Shown here one piece after another: positions 1 through 7,962 of a DNA stretch of 64,000 nucleotides. The DNA is from Polyangiaceae bacterium (GTDB taxonomy: Bacteria > Myxococcota_A > Polyangia > Polyangiales > Polyangiaceae). Position 1 is the stretch's first letter, and every line of letters starts with the position of its first letter. A program made the position numbers and the translations under genes. The notes under the pieces were generated by a model, which was given only the letters and a program-made list of their open reading frames with translations, was not told the origin of the DNA and did no database searches. The DNA is taken from contig JBILLK010000005.1 in assembly GCA_044376115.1 (NCBI GenBank), forward strand, positions 192,001-256,000. The letters run 5' to 3'.

Positions 1-279
1 ATGCTCGATACGGCGCGCGCCTATCCAGCCTTGTCGGAGGCGTATTTACGCGCCGACATCACCGATATGTTGCAGGTATTCGGTGCTGACGGAGATCCAA
101 CCATGCCGCGCGACCCCGAAAGCCAAGACTTCCGATTGGTGGCTGGCGGCAAGTTGCTCGAGCTTTGCGACAAGGACTTTCGACCCAGCTTCCGCCTTCG
201 CGATCGCCGTCGGGGCCAAGTCGTTCCATTCCCGACCTTTCTTGCCAGAGTCGGGAAGGAACTACGCATCGTTCGTTGA
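1..279 (+). CDS. hypothetical protein, probably the 3' end of a gene starting before the window
   Basis: Frame is open from base 1 to TGA at 279 and converges on the radical SAM gene stop 2 bp away; no motif recognised. Confidence 0.5.
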   Translation: MLDTARAYPALSEAYLRADITDMLQVFGADGDPTMPRDPESQDFRLVAGGKLLELCDKDFRPSFRLRDRRRGQVVPFPTFLARVGKELRIVR

Positions 280-281
280 AG

Positions 282-1553
282 CTAGGGGCTGGTGGCTTCG
301 GAGTTGTCGCTGCTTGCAGCGGGCAGGGGCTCTTCAACGATGTCAAAGGCACCGAAGTCATAGGGTTCGTTGGGGGCGAGCGTCTTCTGCTTCAGCACCT
401 CGCGGATCCCACGTTTCTCGAGCGTCTTGACGCGGTGGTAGCAGAAGGGGTTGTTGCCGCGTCGGCCCGTTGTGCAATGGGCCGTCCATGAGCAGCCAGC
501 CCTGCATTCGTCGGCGTAGTAGCAGGTTTTGCAAAAGCCCCAGAGCTCGTCGGTGGTGCGGTCTCGCGTGAAACCGATCTCTGGCGAAGTCTCCCAGAGC
601 TCCTTCAACGACTTGTCGCGCACGTTGCCGCCCGTATACGGCGCAGTTGGCAGCGAGGGGCAGCCCTTGACCTTGCCATCGGATTCGATCCCGACCACGT
701 ATTGGCCCGCCTTGCAGCCTTGCCAAAAGGACTCACGGCCACCCGGCCTTGAGCGGAGCGTGGTCTCGTGGGGGCCGTAGTAACCAATGTTGTTGCCGAC
801 GAAGATGTTGAACGGCTCGCCTTTGCCATCGTACCGCTTTAGCCCCTCCATCTGGATCGCCGCGAGCGTGTCGATCACCTCGACCATCATGTAGGGCTCG
901 AGAATCCACTCGGGGCGGTCGGCTGCGCGACCCATCGGCACGGTGATGGCCACCTGCCACGCAATCACGTTGCGCTTCCAAAGGCCCTCCACCAACTCCC
1001 ACAGGTGCTTGTAATTGAGCTGATTGATCTGCGCGTTGGACGTGACGATCATCCCCGCATCGCGCGCATTCTCCAGCGCCTTCATGGCTGCGGCGTGGCT
1101 TCCGAGGTTGCCTCGCAGTTTGTCGTGGATGCGTGGTGGCCCGTCCACCGATACGCCGACCCCGTACAGACCAGCCTTCTTGAGCTCGCGAGCGCGCTCC
1201 GCGTGCAGCGCCCGCCCGCCGGTTTGCATGCTGACGCGCAGCCCCTTGCCAGTAAGGAACTCAACGATCTTGTAGATGTCTTTGCGGAGGTACGCCTCGC
1301 CACCAATCAGCGCCACCTCACGACAACCGAGGTCAACCAAACCTTGAGCGACCTCAAGGATCTCCTCGTGGGAGAGTTCGTGGTCGCGAGCTGCGCCCGC
1401 ACGCGAGCCGCAGTGCTCACAAGGTTGGTCGCATTTCATCGTGAGCTCCCACACCGCGTAATACGGGTGGTGTCCCGTCTCTCCTGCGCGTGGAACTCGA
1501 GGAGGCGGAGCGGCCTTGCGAATCTGTACGAGACTCTCGCCGTTGGTCGTCAT
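282..1553 (-). CDS. radical SAM/SPASM peptide maturase, PlpX/splicease-like (Y_X(10)_GDL-associated / Nif11-class rSAM maturase relatives)
   Basis: CxxxCxxC in WELTMKCDQPCEHCGSRAG; GGE motif; SPASM cysteines CKAG...GCPSLP and CKTCYYADECRAGC; C-terminal GRRGNNPFCYHR...PYDFGAF tail as I recall from this family; start moved to ATG 1553 (MTTNGES). Confidence 0.9.
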   Translation of the reverse strand: MTTNGESLVQIRKAAPPPRVPRAGETGHHPYYAVWELTMKCDQPCEHCGSRAGAARDHELSHEEILEVAQGLVDLGCREVALIGGEAYLRKDIYKIVEFLTGKGLRVSMQTGGRALHAERARELKKAGLYGVGVSVDGPPRIHDKLRGNLGSHAAAMKALENARDAGMIVTSNAQINQLNYKHLWELVEGLWKRNVIAWQVAITVPMGRAADRPEWILEPYMMVEVIDTLAAIQMEGLKRYDGKGEPFNIFVGNNIGYYGPHETTLRSRPGGRESFWQGCKAGQYVVGIESDGKVKGCPSLPTAPYTGGNVRDKSLKELWETSPEIGFTRDRTTDELWGFCKTCYYADECRAGCSWTAHCTTGRRGNNPFCYHRVKTLEKRGIREVLKQKTLAPNEPYDFGAFDIVEEPLPAASSDNSEATSP

Positions 1554-1559
1554 GGCGCA

Positions 1560-1565
1560 AGGGTA
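1560..1565 (-). promoter_or_regulatory. putative -10 hexamer (TACCCT) for a leaderless rSAM transcript
   Basis: TAnnnT 6 nt upstream of ATG 1553; no Shine-Dalgarno. Confidence 0.35.
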
Positions 1566-1582
1566 CCTAACGCTGCGGCATG

Positions 1583-1610
1583 TTGACAGGGTGCTCAGCC
1601 AGAATAAAAT
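1583..1610 (+). promoter_or_regulatory. sigma70-type promoter of the precursor gene
   Basis: TTGACA (1583-1588), 16-nt spacer, TAAAAT (1605-1610), then 6 nt to ATG 1617. Confidence 0.65.
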
Positions 1611-1616
1611 CGCGCC

Positions 1617-1985
1617 ATGCCCCCCTTCGTCTCTTGTTCCTCTTGCGGTTGTGTCGTGAAGCTCGTCGAAGATGCCTGCCCGCACTGCGGCACCAAGCTT
1701 CGTAATGCGGAAGGCCGCATTCCGCGGACAGCCGCGGCCATCCTGCTCGGTCTTGCCGCAAGCGCGGCGGCCTGCGGAGACAGCGGTTCCTCGACGTCGA
1801 GCGGAGGGTCTGATTCTGGTGGCGGTGGAACCACTGCGGACGGCGGTGGTGGCGCTACTTCGGATGGCGGCGGTGGTGCAGCTCCGGAGTATGGTGTCCC
1901 CGCAACTGGCGGCGCAGGCGGAGACGGTGGCACGGCTGGGTTTGCTGCGGACTACGGTGTCCCCGGAACCGGCGGCGCTAACTGA
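1617..1985 (+). CDS. putative rSAM substrate: Zn-ribbon-like N-terminus, lipoprotein signal, Gly-rich tether with two YG motifs
   Basis: CSSC...CPHC; hydrophobic TAAAILLGLAASAAA-C53; PEYGVP (Y92) and ADYGVP (Y113); divergent from the rSAM gene. Confidence 0.8.
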   Translation: MPPFVSCSSCGCVVKLVEDACPHCGTKLRNAEGRIPRTAAAILLGLAASAAACGDSGSSTSSGGSDSGGGGTTADGGGGATSDGGGGAAPEYGVPATGGAGGDGGTAGFAADYGVPGTGGAN

Positions 1986-2082
1986 GCTTCTCGCTCTAAC
2001 TTTCGTTTCGCACTGGCGGTGAACTCGGAGGTTCGCCCTGGTGAACTTGGCCGCGCTGCACGGGCTTCTCTAGCCTAGCTGC

Positions 2083-3645
2083 ATGCGCGGTTTGCGCTTT
2101 GTCACCTTCCTTCTTGCCACCGTGTCCGCAGCCTGCGCGCCTTCCGCCGAAGAGCCGCAGCGGCTGCCGCTGGCGCGTGCCTTCTGCATGGAGTTCGGCT
2201 GGTCACGGCTTGGAATGGCGAAGGTCGAGGAGTCGGCCCCTGGCCCGACGTCGACAAAGCGGGTGTACGCCAAAGCGCGGTTTGTCTGGATTCGCAAACG
2301 GCCGACCGCCGAGTCGGAATGGATTGGGTACATAACGCTCGGGCAATCGCTGGCCCTAAGAGCGAACGTCGAGCCGCCAGCAACCTTCGCTCTCACCACC
2401 GCTGAGGGCACTCTCGGGATCGCGGGACCAGGCGCCGTATGCCAATTCTGGGTGCCGGTTGAGCCGAGTGGCTGGGTTTGTACCGGTCGCGATGCGACGT
2501 TGAACGCTGCAGATCCCGTGGTGGTTGACCTTGAGCAGACTGCGCCCGACATCAATTCGCCGTGGCCGTTCGACTATGCACGATCGCTCGAGGCACCGCG
2601 TTACCGCGGCCTGCCTAGTATGCGTGAGCAGAAAGCGACCGAAGGCAACGTTGAGACTCTGCGCGCTCGGATCGACTCGGCGAGAGCGGCGAAGACGCGG
2701 GAGGAGATCGCCACCATCGATAGACGTCTGACAGATGCTTCGCTCGATGTCGCGACGGAGCCTGCTCCGGACCTGTTTCTTCCGCCGTACACCATCCTCG
2801 AATCCGATACGCCGCTCAAACTCGGCTCCACGATCGCATTCACCCGGACCTTCAATCACGACCAACGCTCTTGGCTACTGTCTTGGGATCGTGCGGTGAT
2901 CCCAATGGTGAGAACGCATCTCTATCCGCGATCGGCATTTCATGGCGTGCGCTTGGAAGACGGCCTGCGTCTGCCGCTCGCCTTCAGCAAGAAGCAGGAG
3001 GCCAAACGCTACGACCGTGACGCGGAAGGACGCTTCATCGCTCAAGACCGAGCCTTCGAGCCGCAAGGTCTGATTCAGTTGGTGGCGGGTGCAACCGGTG
3101 AGGACTACCTCGAGACGGCCGAGCCGAACGTTTGGGTTCGTCGTGCGGATGTTGTCGTCGTCGAGCCGAAGGCCGAGCTACCCAAACGGCTACCCCAGAC
3201 CGGCCGACGTACCTGGGTGGAGGTCAGCACCGTCGGCGGCTGGCTGGTGGCGTTTGAGGGCGACAAGCCGGTCTACGCCACGATGATCTCCGCCGGTCGT
3301 GGGGAGACCCTCGCGGACGGTACGATGCGTGATAGCTCGTCGACTCCCGTTGGTACCTACTCGATCGCGTCGAAGTTCCGAACGGCCACCATGCGCTCTG
3401 AGCGGCGCCCGGATATCGTGCATGCCGAGGTGATGTACACGCAGGTCTTCTTCGAGGACTACGCACTCCATGGGGCGCCTTGGCACGACGAGTGGGGAGA
3501 TCGCAAAAGTGCTGGCTGCGTCAACTTGGCCCCGATCGACGCTAAGTGGGTGTTCGACTGGTCCGAGCCTGAATTGCCCCACGACTGGCATGCCAAGCGG
3601 TCGCTTGCGGGTGATGCAACGACCGTCGTCGTCATCCACAACTGA
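2083..3645 (+). CDS. L,D-transpeptidase (YkuD) family lipoprotein
   Basis: Lipobox VSAA-C; C-terminal ISAG...TPVGTY...ALHGAPWH...KSAGCVNL catalytic region. Confidence 0.85.
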   Translation: MRGLRFVTFLLATVSAACAPSAEEPQRLPLARAFCMEFGWSRLGMAKVEESAPGPTSTKRVYAKARFVWIRKRPTAESEWIGYITLGQSLALRANVEPPATFALTTAEGTLGIAGPGAVCQFWVPVEPSGWVCTGRDATLNAADPVVVDLEQTAPDINSPWPFDYARSLEAPRYRGLPSMREQKATEGNVETLRARIDSARAAKTREEIATIDRRLTDASLDVATEPAPDLFLPPYTILESDTPLKLGSTIAFTRTFNHDQRSWLLSWDRAVIPMVRTHLYPRSAFHGVRLEDGLRLPLAFSKKQEAKRYDRDAEGRFIAQDRAFEPQGLIQLVAGATGEDYLETAEPNVWVRRADVVVVEPKAELPKRLPQTGRRTWVEVSTVGGWLVAFEGDKPVYATMISAGRGETLADGTMRDSSSTPVGTYSIASKFRTATMRSERRPDIVHAEVMYTQVFFEDYALHGAPWHDEWGDRKSAGCVNLAPIDAKWVFDWSEPELPHDWHAKRSLAGDATTVVVIHN

Positions 3646-3758
3646 ATCGCCCTCGCGACGCTGACCTGCAATCGACTCATGGACAAGAAGGGTGGATCTT
3701 TCTTGTCACAGCTGATCCTTCCGTTCCTCAGAACTCGCCGATTTTCCGCAGTTTTTGT

Positions 3759-3774
3759 TGGCCCGAAGTCTGCT
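3759..3774 (+). promoter_or_regulatory. sigma54-type -24/-12 promoter
   Basis: TGGCCCGAAGTCTGCT = GG-N10-GC, upstream of AGGAGG and ATG 3799. Confidence 0.5.
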
Positions 3775-3798
3775 ATGTCGAGGTCAGGAGGCTTGAAC

Positions 3799-4323
3799 AT
3801 GATCCGTATGAACTCGATGGTTGCGCTGGTTGTTGTTGGTTTGGTTGGCGCATTCGGTTGTGGTGATAGTGGCAGCAGCAGCGGCGGCAACGGCGGGAGC
3901 AACAGCGGTGGAGACGGCGGTGGTGGAAGCAGCCCCACTTCGAGTTCGGGCTCGGCAGGTTCAACCGGCACAGCGGGCGGCGACGTTTGTGGTCCCGCAG
4001 GCATCGACATGAACGATGCTTGTGAAGTCTGCGCTGGCACCAAGTGCACCGAGTCGGCGTTGGCCTGCTGTGAGAAGCCTGGCTGTCTCGACATCGTTCG
4101 CTGCGTCCAAGACACCGAGTGCGATCCTGACATGCAGGCAGGTCCCCCCGGTTGCTACAACCTCGGAGATCCGGCCAATCCCGGCCTCTGCCAGGACGAG
4201 ATCGATACTGCAGGCGTGGTCGTGGCCTTGGGTGAAGCGAGCACCTTTGGCGATTGCGTGATCGCCAACTGCTCCGCGGAGTGCGGGATCATGGCTGCTG
4301 GCGGCGCCGGCGGCGGAATGTGA
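3799..4323 (+). CDS. Cys-rich lipoprotein with Gly/Ser tether
   Basis: AGGAGG RBS; signal ending AFG-C; Gly/Ser run; CxxC, CC and CxxxxC-rich small domain. Confidence 0.8.
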   Translation: MIRMNSMVALVVVGLVGAFGCGDSGSSSGGNGGSNSGGDGGGGSSPTSSSGSAGSTGTAGGDVCGPAGIDMNDACEVCAGTKCTESALACCEKPGCLDIVRCVQDTECDPDMQAGPPGCYNLGDPANPGLCQDEIDTAGVVVALGEASTFGDCVIANCSAECGIMAAGGAGGGM

Positions 4324-4336
4324 TTGGTGTTTGGGA

Positions 4337-4801
4337 TCAGCGGCGACGTTTCGCTATCAGCTTCTCGTAAGAGACGACGACAGCACGGAACGTCGCTGGG
4401 TCCCCACCGCGATCGGGATGTGACTCAAGAGCCTTCCGCCGATACGCCGCTTTGAGTTCGGCGTGAGTCGCACCTGGCTCCAGGCCGAGAACCGACCAAG
4501 CCGAAGTGGGCGTGGTGGCGTTGTCGGCCTTCTGTTTTGGCTTCGGCATGGGCGGTGGAGACTCTCCGCGCAACATGCGATTCCAAGCATGCGCCCAGTA
4601 GGGTTCGATCGGTTGAAGTTGGCGGCCCGTCGCGCGCTGTGCGTCGCGGAACGCCTCTTCTTCGCTCGTAGCACCGCCATTGGACGCATCCGGCTTTCGG
4701 AACGGGGAGAAGTCTGGCGGGTGGGTCCACCAAGCTGCCCAAAAGTAGCGTCCCCTTTGTGTGCGGGTGACCGAGCAAACAGCGATGGCCAACGACGTCA
4801 T
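4337..4801 (-). CDS. J-domain-containing protein (C-terminal J domain)
   Basis: AWSVLGLEPGAT...LKAAYRRKALESHPDRGG with HPD motif. Confidence 0.85.
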   Translation of the reverse strand: MTSLAIAVCSVTRTQRGRYFWAAWWTHPPDFSPFRKPDASNGGATSEEEAFRDAQRATGRQLQPIEPYWAHAWNRMLRGESPPPMPKPKQKADNATTPTSAWSVLGLEPGATHAELKAAYRRKALESHPDRGGDPATFRAVVVSYEKLIAKRRR

Positions 4802-4814
4802 CGCAACGACGCTG

Positions 4815-5852
4815 TCAGTCCTTCCACTTCTCGCCTCGCTTGATCTGCCGAGGTGCGCGAGGATCAGTGGGCTTTCCGTCGGTCTCCGCGCAACAGCGGA
4901 AGCTCAAGTAGTAGTAAGAGAAGCCTTCATTGTGCGTGTAGATCTTCGGCCGACATTGATTGCGAACACCGTCAACCCAAGGGCCGCCGGTTGTCACGTT
5001 GTCGAACTTGTCAGCGGCACGGAGGGTTTCAATCTTACCGCCCGTCATCTTCATCGAGCCGTACTGCACCTTGTTGCCTTCGCTTGCCGCCAGCTCGTCC
5101 GCATTGCCCGGCATGTCGAACACGCCGTAGTCGCTGACGCAGTCCGGCTGCGACCCGCTTGGTACGCCGTCCCAGAGTCGCTTGATCTCGGCTGCGGCTT
5201 TCTCTTCGTTCTTGCTGTGTGTGAGCAGCAGGCCGTTCTCTTGTTTCGACGGAAACTTGTAGGGTTTATCGCCGTTGCACTTGGATGGATCGCGCTTGTA
5301 GCCGTACGGGTAGGGTTTGTACTCGGGCCCTTCGCACGCCATCGTCCACTCGGTCTCGGTGCAAACTCGCTTGCCCAGCGCCGCGCATTTTTTTTGTGCG
5401 TGCGGGAAGTCGTTCATCACCTCCGGGTTCTGGCCCTTCTTGTTTGGGAACTCGTAACGGTCGATGCAGTAGCGCTTTTTGACCTTGTTACCGATGCACT
5501 TGGTTGGTTGGACGAACTCGTGGCAGATCGTCTTTTTGTTGGCTTTGGCGTAGTGGCTCGACTTGCACTTGACCTCGAGGTTCGTGCAGTAGTCCCCGTC
5601 GATCAGCACCATATCTTCCGGGCAGGCGGTCGGGGGCACCGGCTCGGGCAGCGAGGCCGTTGCGCTTGCGACGGGTGGCTGCGCGGACTCTGTGGCTGAT
5701 GCCGACACGGACGCCGCGACCGGGACGACAGACGGTGCAGGCGGCGTTGGCACGCTGGGCGGTGGCGTCTGTGAACTCGCAGGGTCGGAGGCACCGCATG
5801 AGAGCCCACTGAGGGAGAGCAGGGCGAGACCAGCTAGCTTCACGCGAAACAT
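4815..5852 (-). CDS. formylglycine-generating enzyme (SUMF1/EgtB/PvdO)-like lipoprotein
   Basis: Lipobox GLS-C; CPEDMVLI, YCIDRYE, KRVCTETEWTMAC, YGVFDMPGNADE, SFRCC. Confidence 0.85.
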   Translation of the reverse strand: MFRVKLAGLALLSLSGLSCGASDPASSQTPPPSVPTPPAPSVVPVAASVSASATESAQPPVASATASLPEPVPPTACPEDMVLIDGDYCTNLEVKCKSSHYAKANKKTICHEFVQPTKCIGNKVKKRYCIDRYEFPNKKGQNPEVMNDFPHAQKKCAALGKRVCTETEWTMACEGPEYKPYPYGYKRDPSKCNGDKPYKFPSKQENGLLLTHSKNEEKAAAEIKRLWDGVPSGSQPDCVSDYGVFDMPGNADELAASEGNKVQYGSMKMTGGKIETLRAADKFDNVTTGGPWVDGVRNQCRPKIYTHNEGFSYYYLSFRCCAETDGKPTDPRAPRQIKRGEKWKD

Positions 5853-5935
5853 GGTTGCTCCTACGTTGCCGAGGCATCGCCCGCAAGCATCGATCGTTGC
5901 GGTCTTTCGCTACCCGGCCAAGGAGACTGCTCTAG

Positions 5936-6018
5936 TACCGAAGGTGGGAGTCGAACCCACAAGCCCGTAAGGACGGCGGATTTTGAATCCGCTGCGTTTG
6001 CCATTCCGCCACTTCGGC
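5936..6018 (-). tRNA. tRNA-Leu (CAA), CCA end not encoded
   Basis: Acceptor GCCGAAG/CTTCGGT; anticodon arm GCGGA-TTCAAAA-TCCGC; long variable arm; GGTTCGACTCC T-loop; followed by CTA. Confidence 0.95.
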
Positions 6019-6045
6019 ATGCTCCCCTGCGAGGAGTCAAACCGG

Positions 6046-6074
6046 GATGTACTTTCCTCCGACTGGATGGTCAA
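6046..6074 (-). promoter_or_regulatory. putative sigma70 promoter of tRNA-Leu
   Basis: TTGACC-17 nt-TACATC on the minus strand. Confidence 0.4.
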
Positions 6075-6083
6075 GTCCGCCCG

Positions 6084-7031
6084 TCAGAAAGTGCCGATTA
6101 CTCCGACCGCAGCGGGACCGACGTAGGGACGCAGCTGAACCTGAGCAGCCTTTTCTTCGTTTTCCTTGGAGTCGACCGACTCATCGCCGTCGAGCCCAAC
6201 GGTGAAGGTGAGCACAAGCCCTGCCGCAGCCCCAAGTCCCCCCAACGCAAACAGCACTGTGGACGCGGTACCGAGGCTCAAGGCGGCGTCTACTTCCCCT
6301 GCGTACTGTTCCGGGCATCGATCTCCGCCGCACAGGTCCTTGACCTCGTCCGTTTTTCGGAACGCCAAAAACCCAGTGACACCTCCAGCCACCAACGCTG
6401 CGCCACCCAAAGAGTAAGCAATCGCGGCTGGAAGCATCGTTCCTCCTGAAGGCTTCTCTTCAGTTTTGGTTGGTTGCCCCGCGCTCGGATCGAGCGTCAC
6501 TGTTTTGCGTGCACGCTCCTGAAGCTCGACGCGTTCGCTCGTCTCTGGGTTGTCGCCAATCCGAGCACGAACGGTGTAGACGCCGGGATCAAATGGGAGC
6601 GGCTTTCCGAGATCAACCGTCTCGCCGTTGACCGTCGCGGTTGCTCCAGTGCTGCTCACGTTGACGGTCAGAAGAGGAATGCGAGGCTCGAGATCCTTGG
6701 CAAGCGTAGTCGCAGCTTGCTTCGCCTTCTGCGTGTTGGCCTCACTCGAAGTCTTGATCGCCTCACAGAGTTCGCTCGCTTCAACGAGCGCGCGCACAGC
6801 CACGAGAGCACGCGCAAGGTCGAGCTGGTACTGCACCTTCGGATCGAGTTCGACGGCGATACGCAGCGACTCGACCGCCTCGTCCTTCTTCTCTTGTGCG
6901 ACGAAGCGTTTGCCTTTCATCCAAGCACTTTTCGCTTGTGCGCGTTCCTTCGGTGTTGGCGCCGCGATGGCGGTTGTACCGACGAAGAACACCAGGCAAC
7001 AGACCAGGAGCTTGAGCAATGCGCGGGCCAT
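6084..7031 (-). CDS. TPR + PEGA-like secreted/membrane protein (myxobacterial type)
   Basis: Signal peptide, helical TPR-like N-region, beta-rich ATVNG...PFDPGVYTVRA segment, C-terminal hydrophobic hairpin ending GVIGTF. Confidence 0.75.
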   Translation of the reverse strand: MARALLKLLVCCLVFFVGTTAIAAPTPKERAQAKSAWMKGKRFVAQEKKDEAVESLRIAVELDPKVQYQLDLARALVAVRALVEASELCEAIKTSSEANTQKAKQAATTLAKDLEPRIPLLTVNVSSTGATATVNGETVDLGKPLPFDPGVYTVRARIGDNPETSERVELQERARKTVTLDPSAGQPTKTEEKPSGGTMLPAAIAYSLGGAALVAGGVTGFLAFRKTDEVKDLCGGDRCPEQYAGEVDAALSLGTASTVLFALGGLGAAAGLVLTFTVGLDGDESVDSKENEEKAAQVQLRPYVGPAAVGVIGTF

Positions 7032-7543
7032 CGTCGACGACTGTAGTGGTCTGGCGCGCCGAATTCACATAAAAACAAGCCAAATTGGCTTCGCATCGAG
7101 GCAAGAACTTTTCAGTGTGGTGCGCGATTTAGAGTGCGCCCGGCTCGCTCGTCGCTTGCGTGGCGTGGTCAAACCGATTCGACCATGCTTCATCAGCAGA
7201 GCTCCAAGCGAGCATTGTCGGGCGCGAGAAGTAGCGGAATTTGGCCGAATTGGGCTGAATTTGGCGCGTGCAATTGGTTCCACTCGTGCACGTTGCACAA
7301 CACCGGTTGATGATGCGGCCGACAAAAAACGACAAAAGGGCCGACAAAAACCAAAGGTCGTGCTGGATCTGTTTCCGGTCCTGTGATTGACTGCGCGTGA
7401 TTTCGCGGTTTCGCAGCCGAAAAACAGCGAGCCGTGAGAACAAGAACCCAAAACATTTTTTGGCGTAGCGCTTCGTCGAAGACGCCGAAAGCGAGTGTGA
7501 CTCCTGTCCCCACTAGGCAGGTTGCACTCCAAAGGAGATTCAC

Positions 7544-7885
7544 ATGGCTGGTAAGAAGACCGAGAAGAAAGAAGGCAAGAAGGCCGCAACGCTCAGCAAG
7601 AGCGGACTCATCAACGCTCTCGTCGAGGCGACGGGCGAGCTTTCGCGCAAGCAGGTGAAGGCGGTTCTCGATGCCCTCGCTGACGTCGGTTACAAGGAGC
7701 TCAAGAAGAGCAAGGTCTTCACGCTCCCCGGCTTCGCGAAGTTCCGCGTGGTTGACAAGGCTGCTACTCCGGCTCGCAAGGGCACGAACCCCTTCACCGG
7801 CGCTCCCATGCAGATCGCTGCCAAGCCGAAGAGCAAGAGCGTCCGCGCTCGTCCGATCAAGGCGATCAAAGAAGCCGTTGCTTGA
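7544..7885 (+). CDS. HU family DNA-binding protein
   Basis: AAGGAG RBS; LSKSGLINALVE...LPGFAKF...ARKGTNPFTG...IAAKP signature. Confidence 0.95.
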   Translation: MAGKKTEKKEGKKAATLSKSGLINALVEATGELSRKQVKAVLDALADVGYKELKKSKVFTLPGFAKFRVVDKAATPARKGTNPFTGAPMQIAAKPKSKSVRARPIKAIKEAVA

Positions 7886-7924
7886 AGCATGATCGAACGG
7901 GGCCGGCCCCGTTCATGACGAGAG

Positions 7925-7954
7925 AGGCCCGAGCAATTGGGCCTTTCCTTTTTT
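7925..7954 (+). terminator. Rho-independent terminator after HU
   Basis: AGGCCCGA-GCAA-TTGGGCCT stem-loop followed by TTCCTTTTTT. Confidence 0.8.
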
Positions 7955-7962
7955 GTGCTTTG

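Noticed and set aside
1554..1685. Upstream extension of the rSAM ORF to 1685
   Set aside because: Would overlap the precursor gene and its promoter; ATG 1553 fits better
4761..5699. Long antisense ORFs (e.g. 4761-5699 +, 9446-10141 -, 23754-24791 -, 43082-44176 -)
   Set aside because: Shadows of well-supported genes on the opposite strand, expected in GC-rich DNA; no motifs
5900..6030. tRNA-Leu as an integration site
   Set aside because: No integrase and no duplicated tRNA 3' end found by eye
7032..7543. Long AT-richer intergenic region as a replication origin or coding region
   Set aside because: No TTATCCACA-type DnaA boxes seen; overlapping ORFs lack recognisable features
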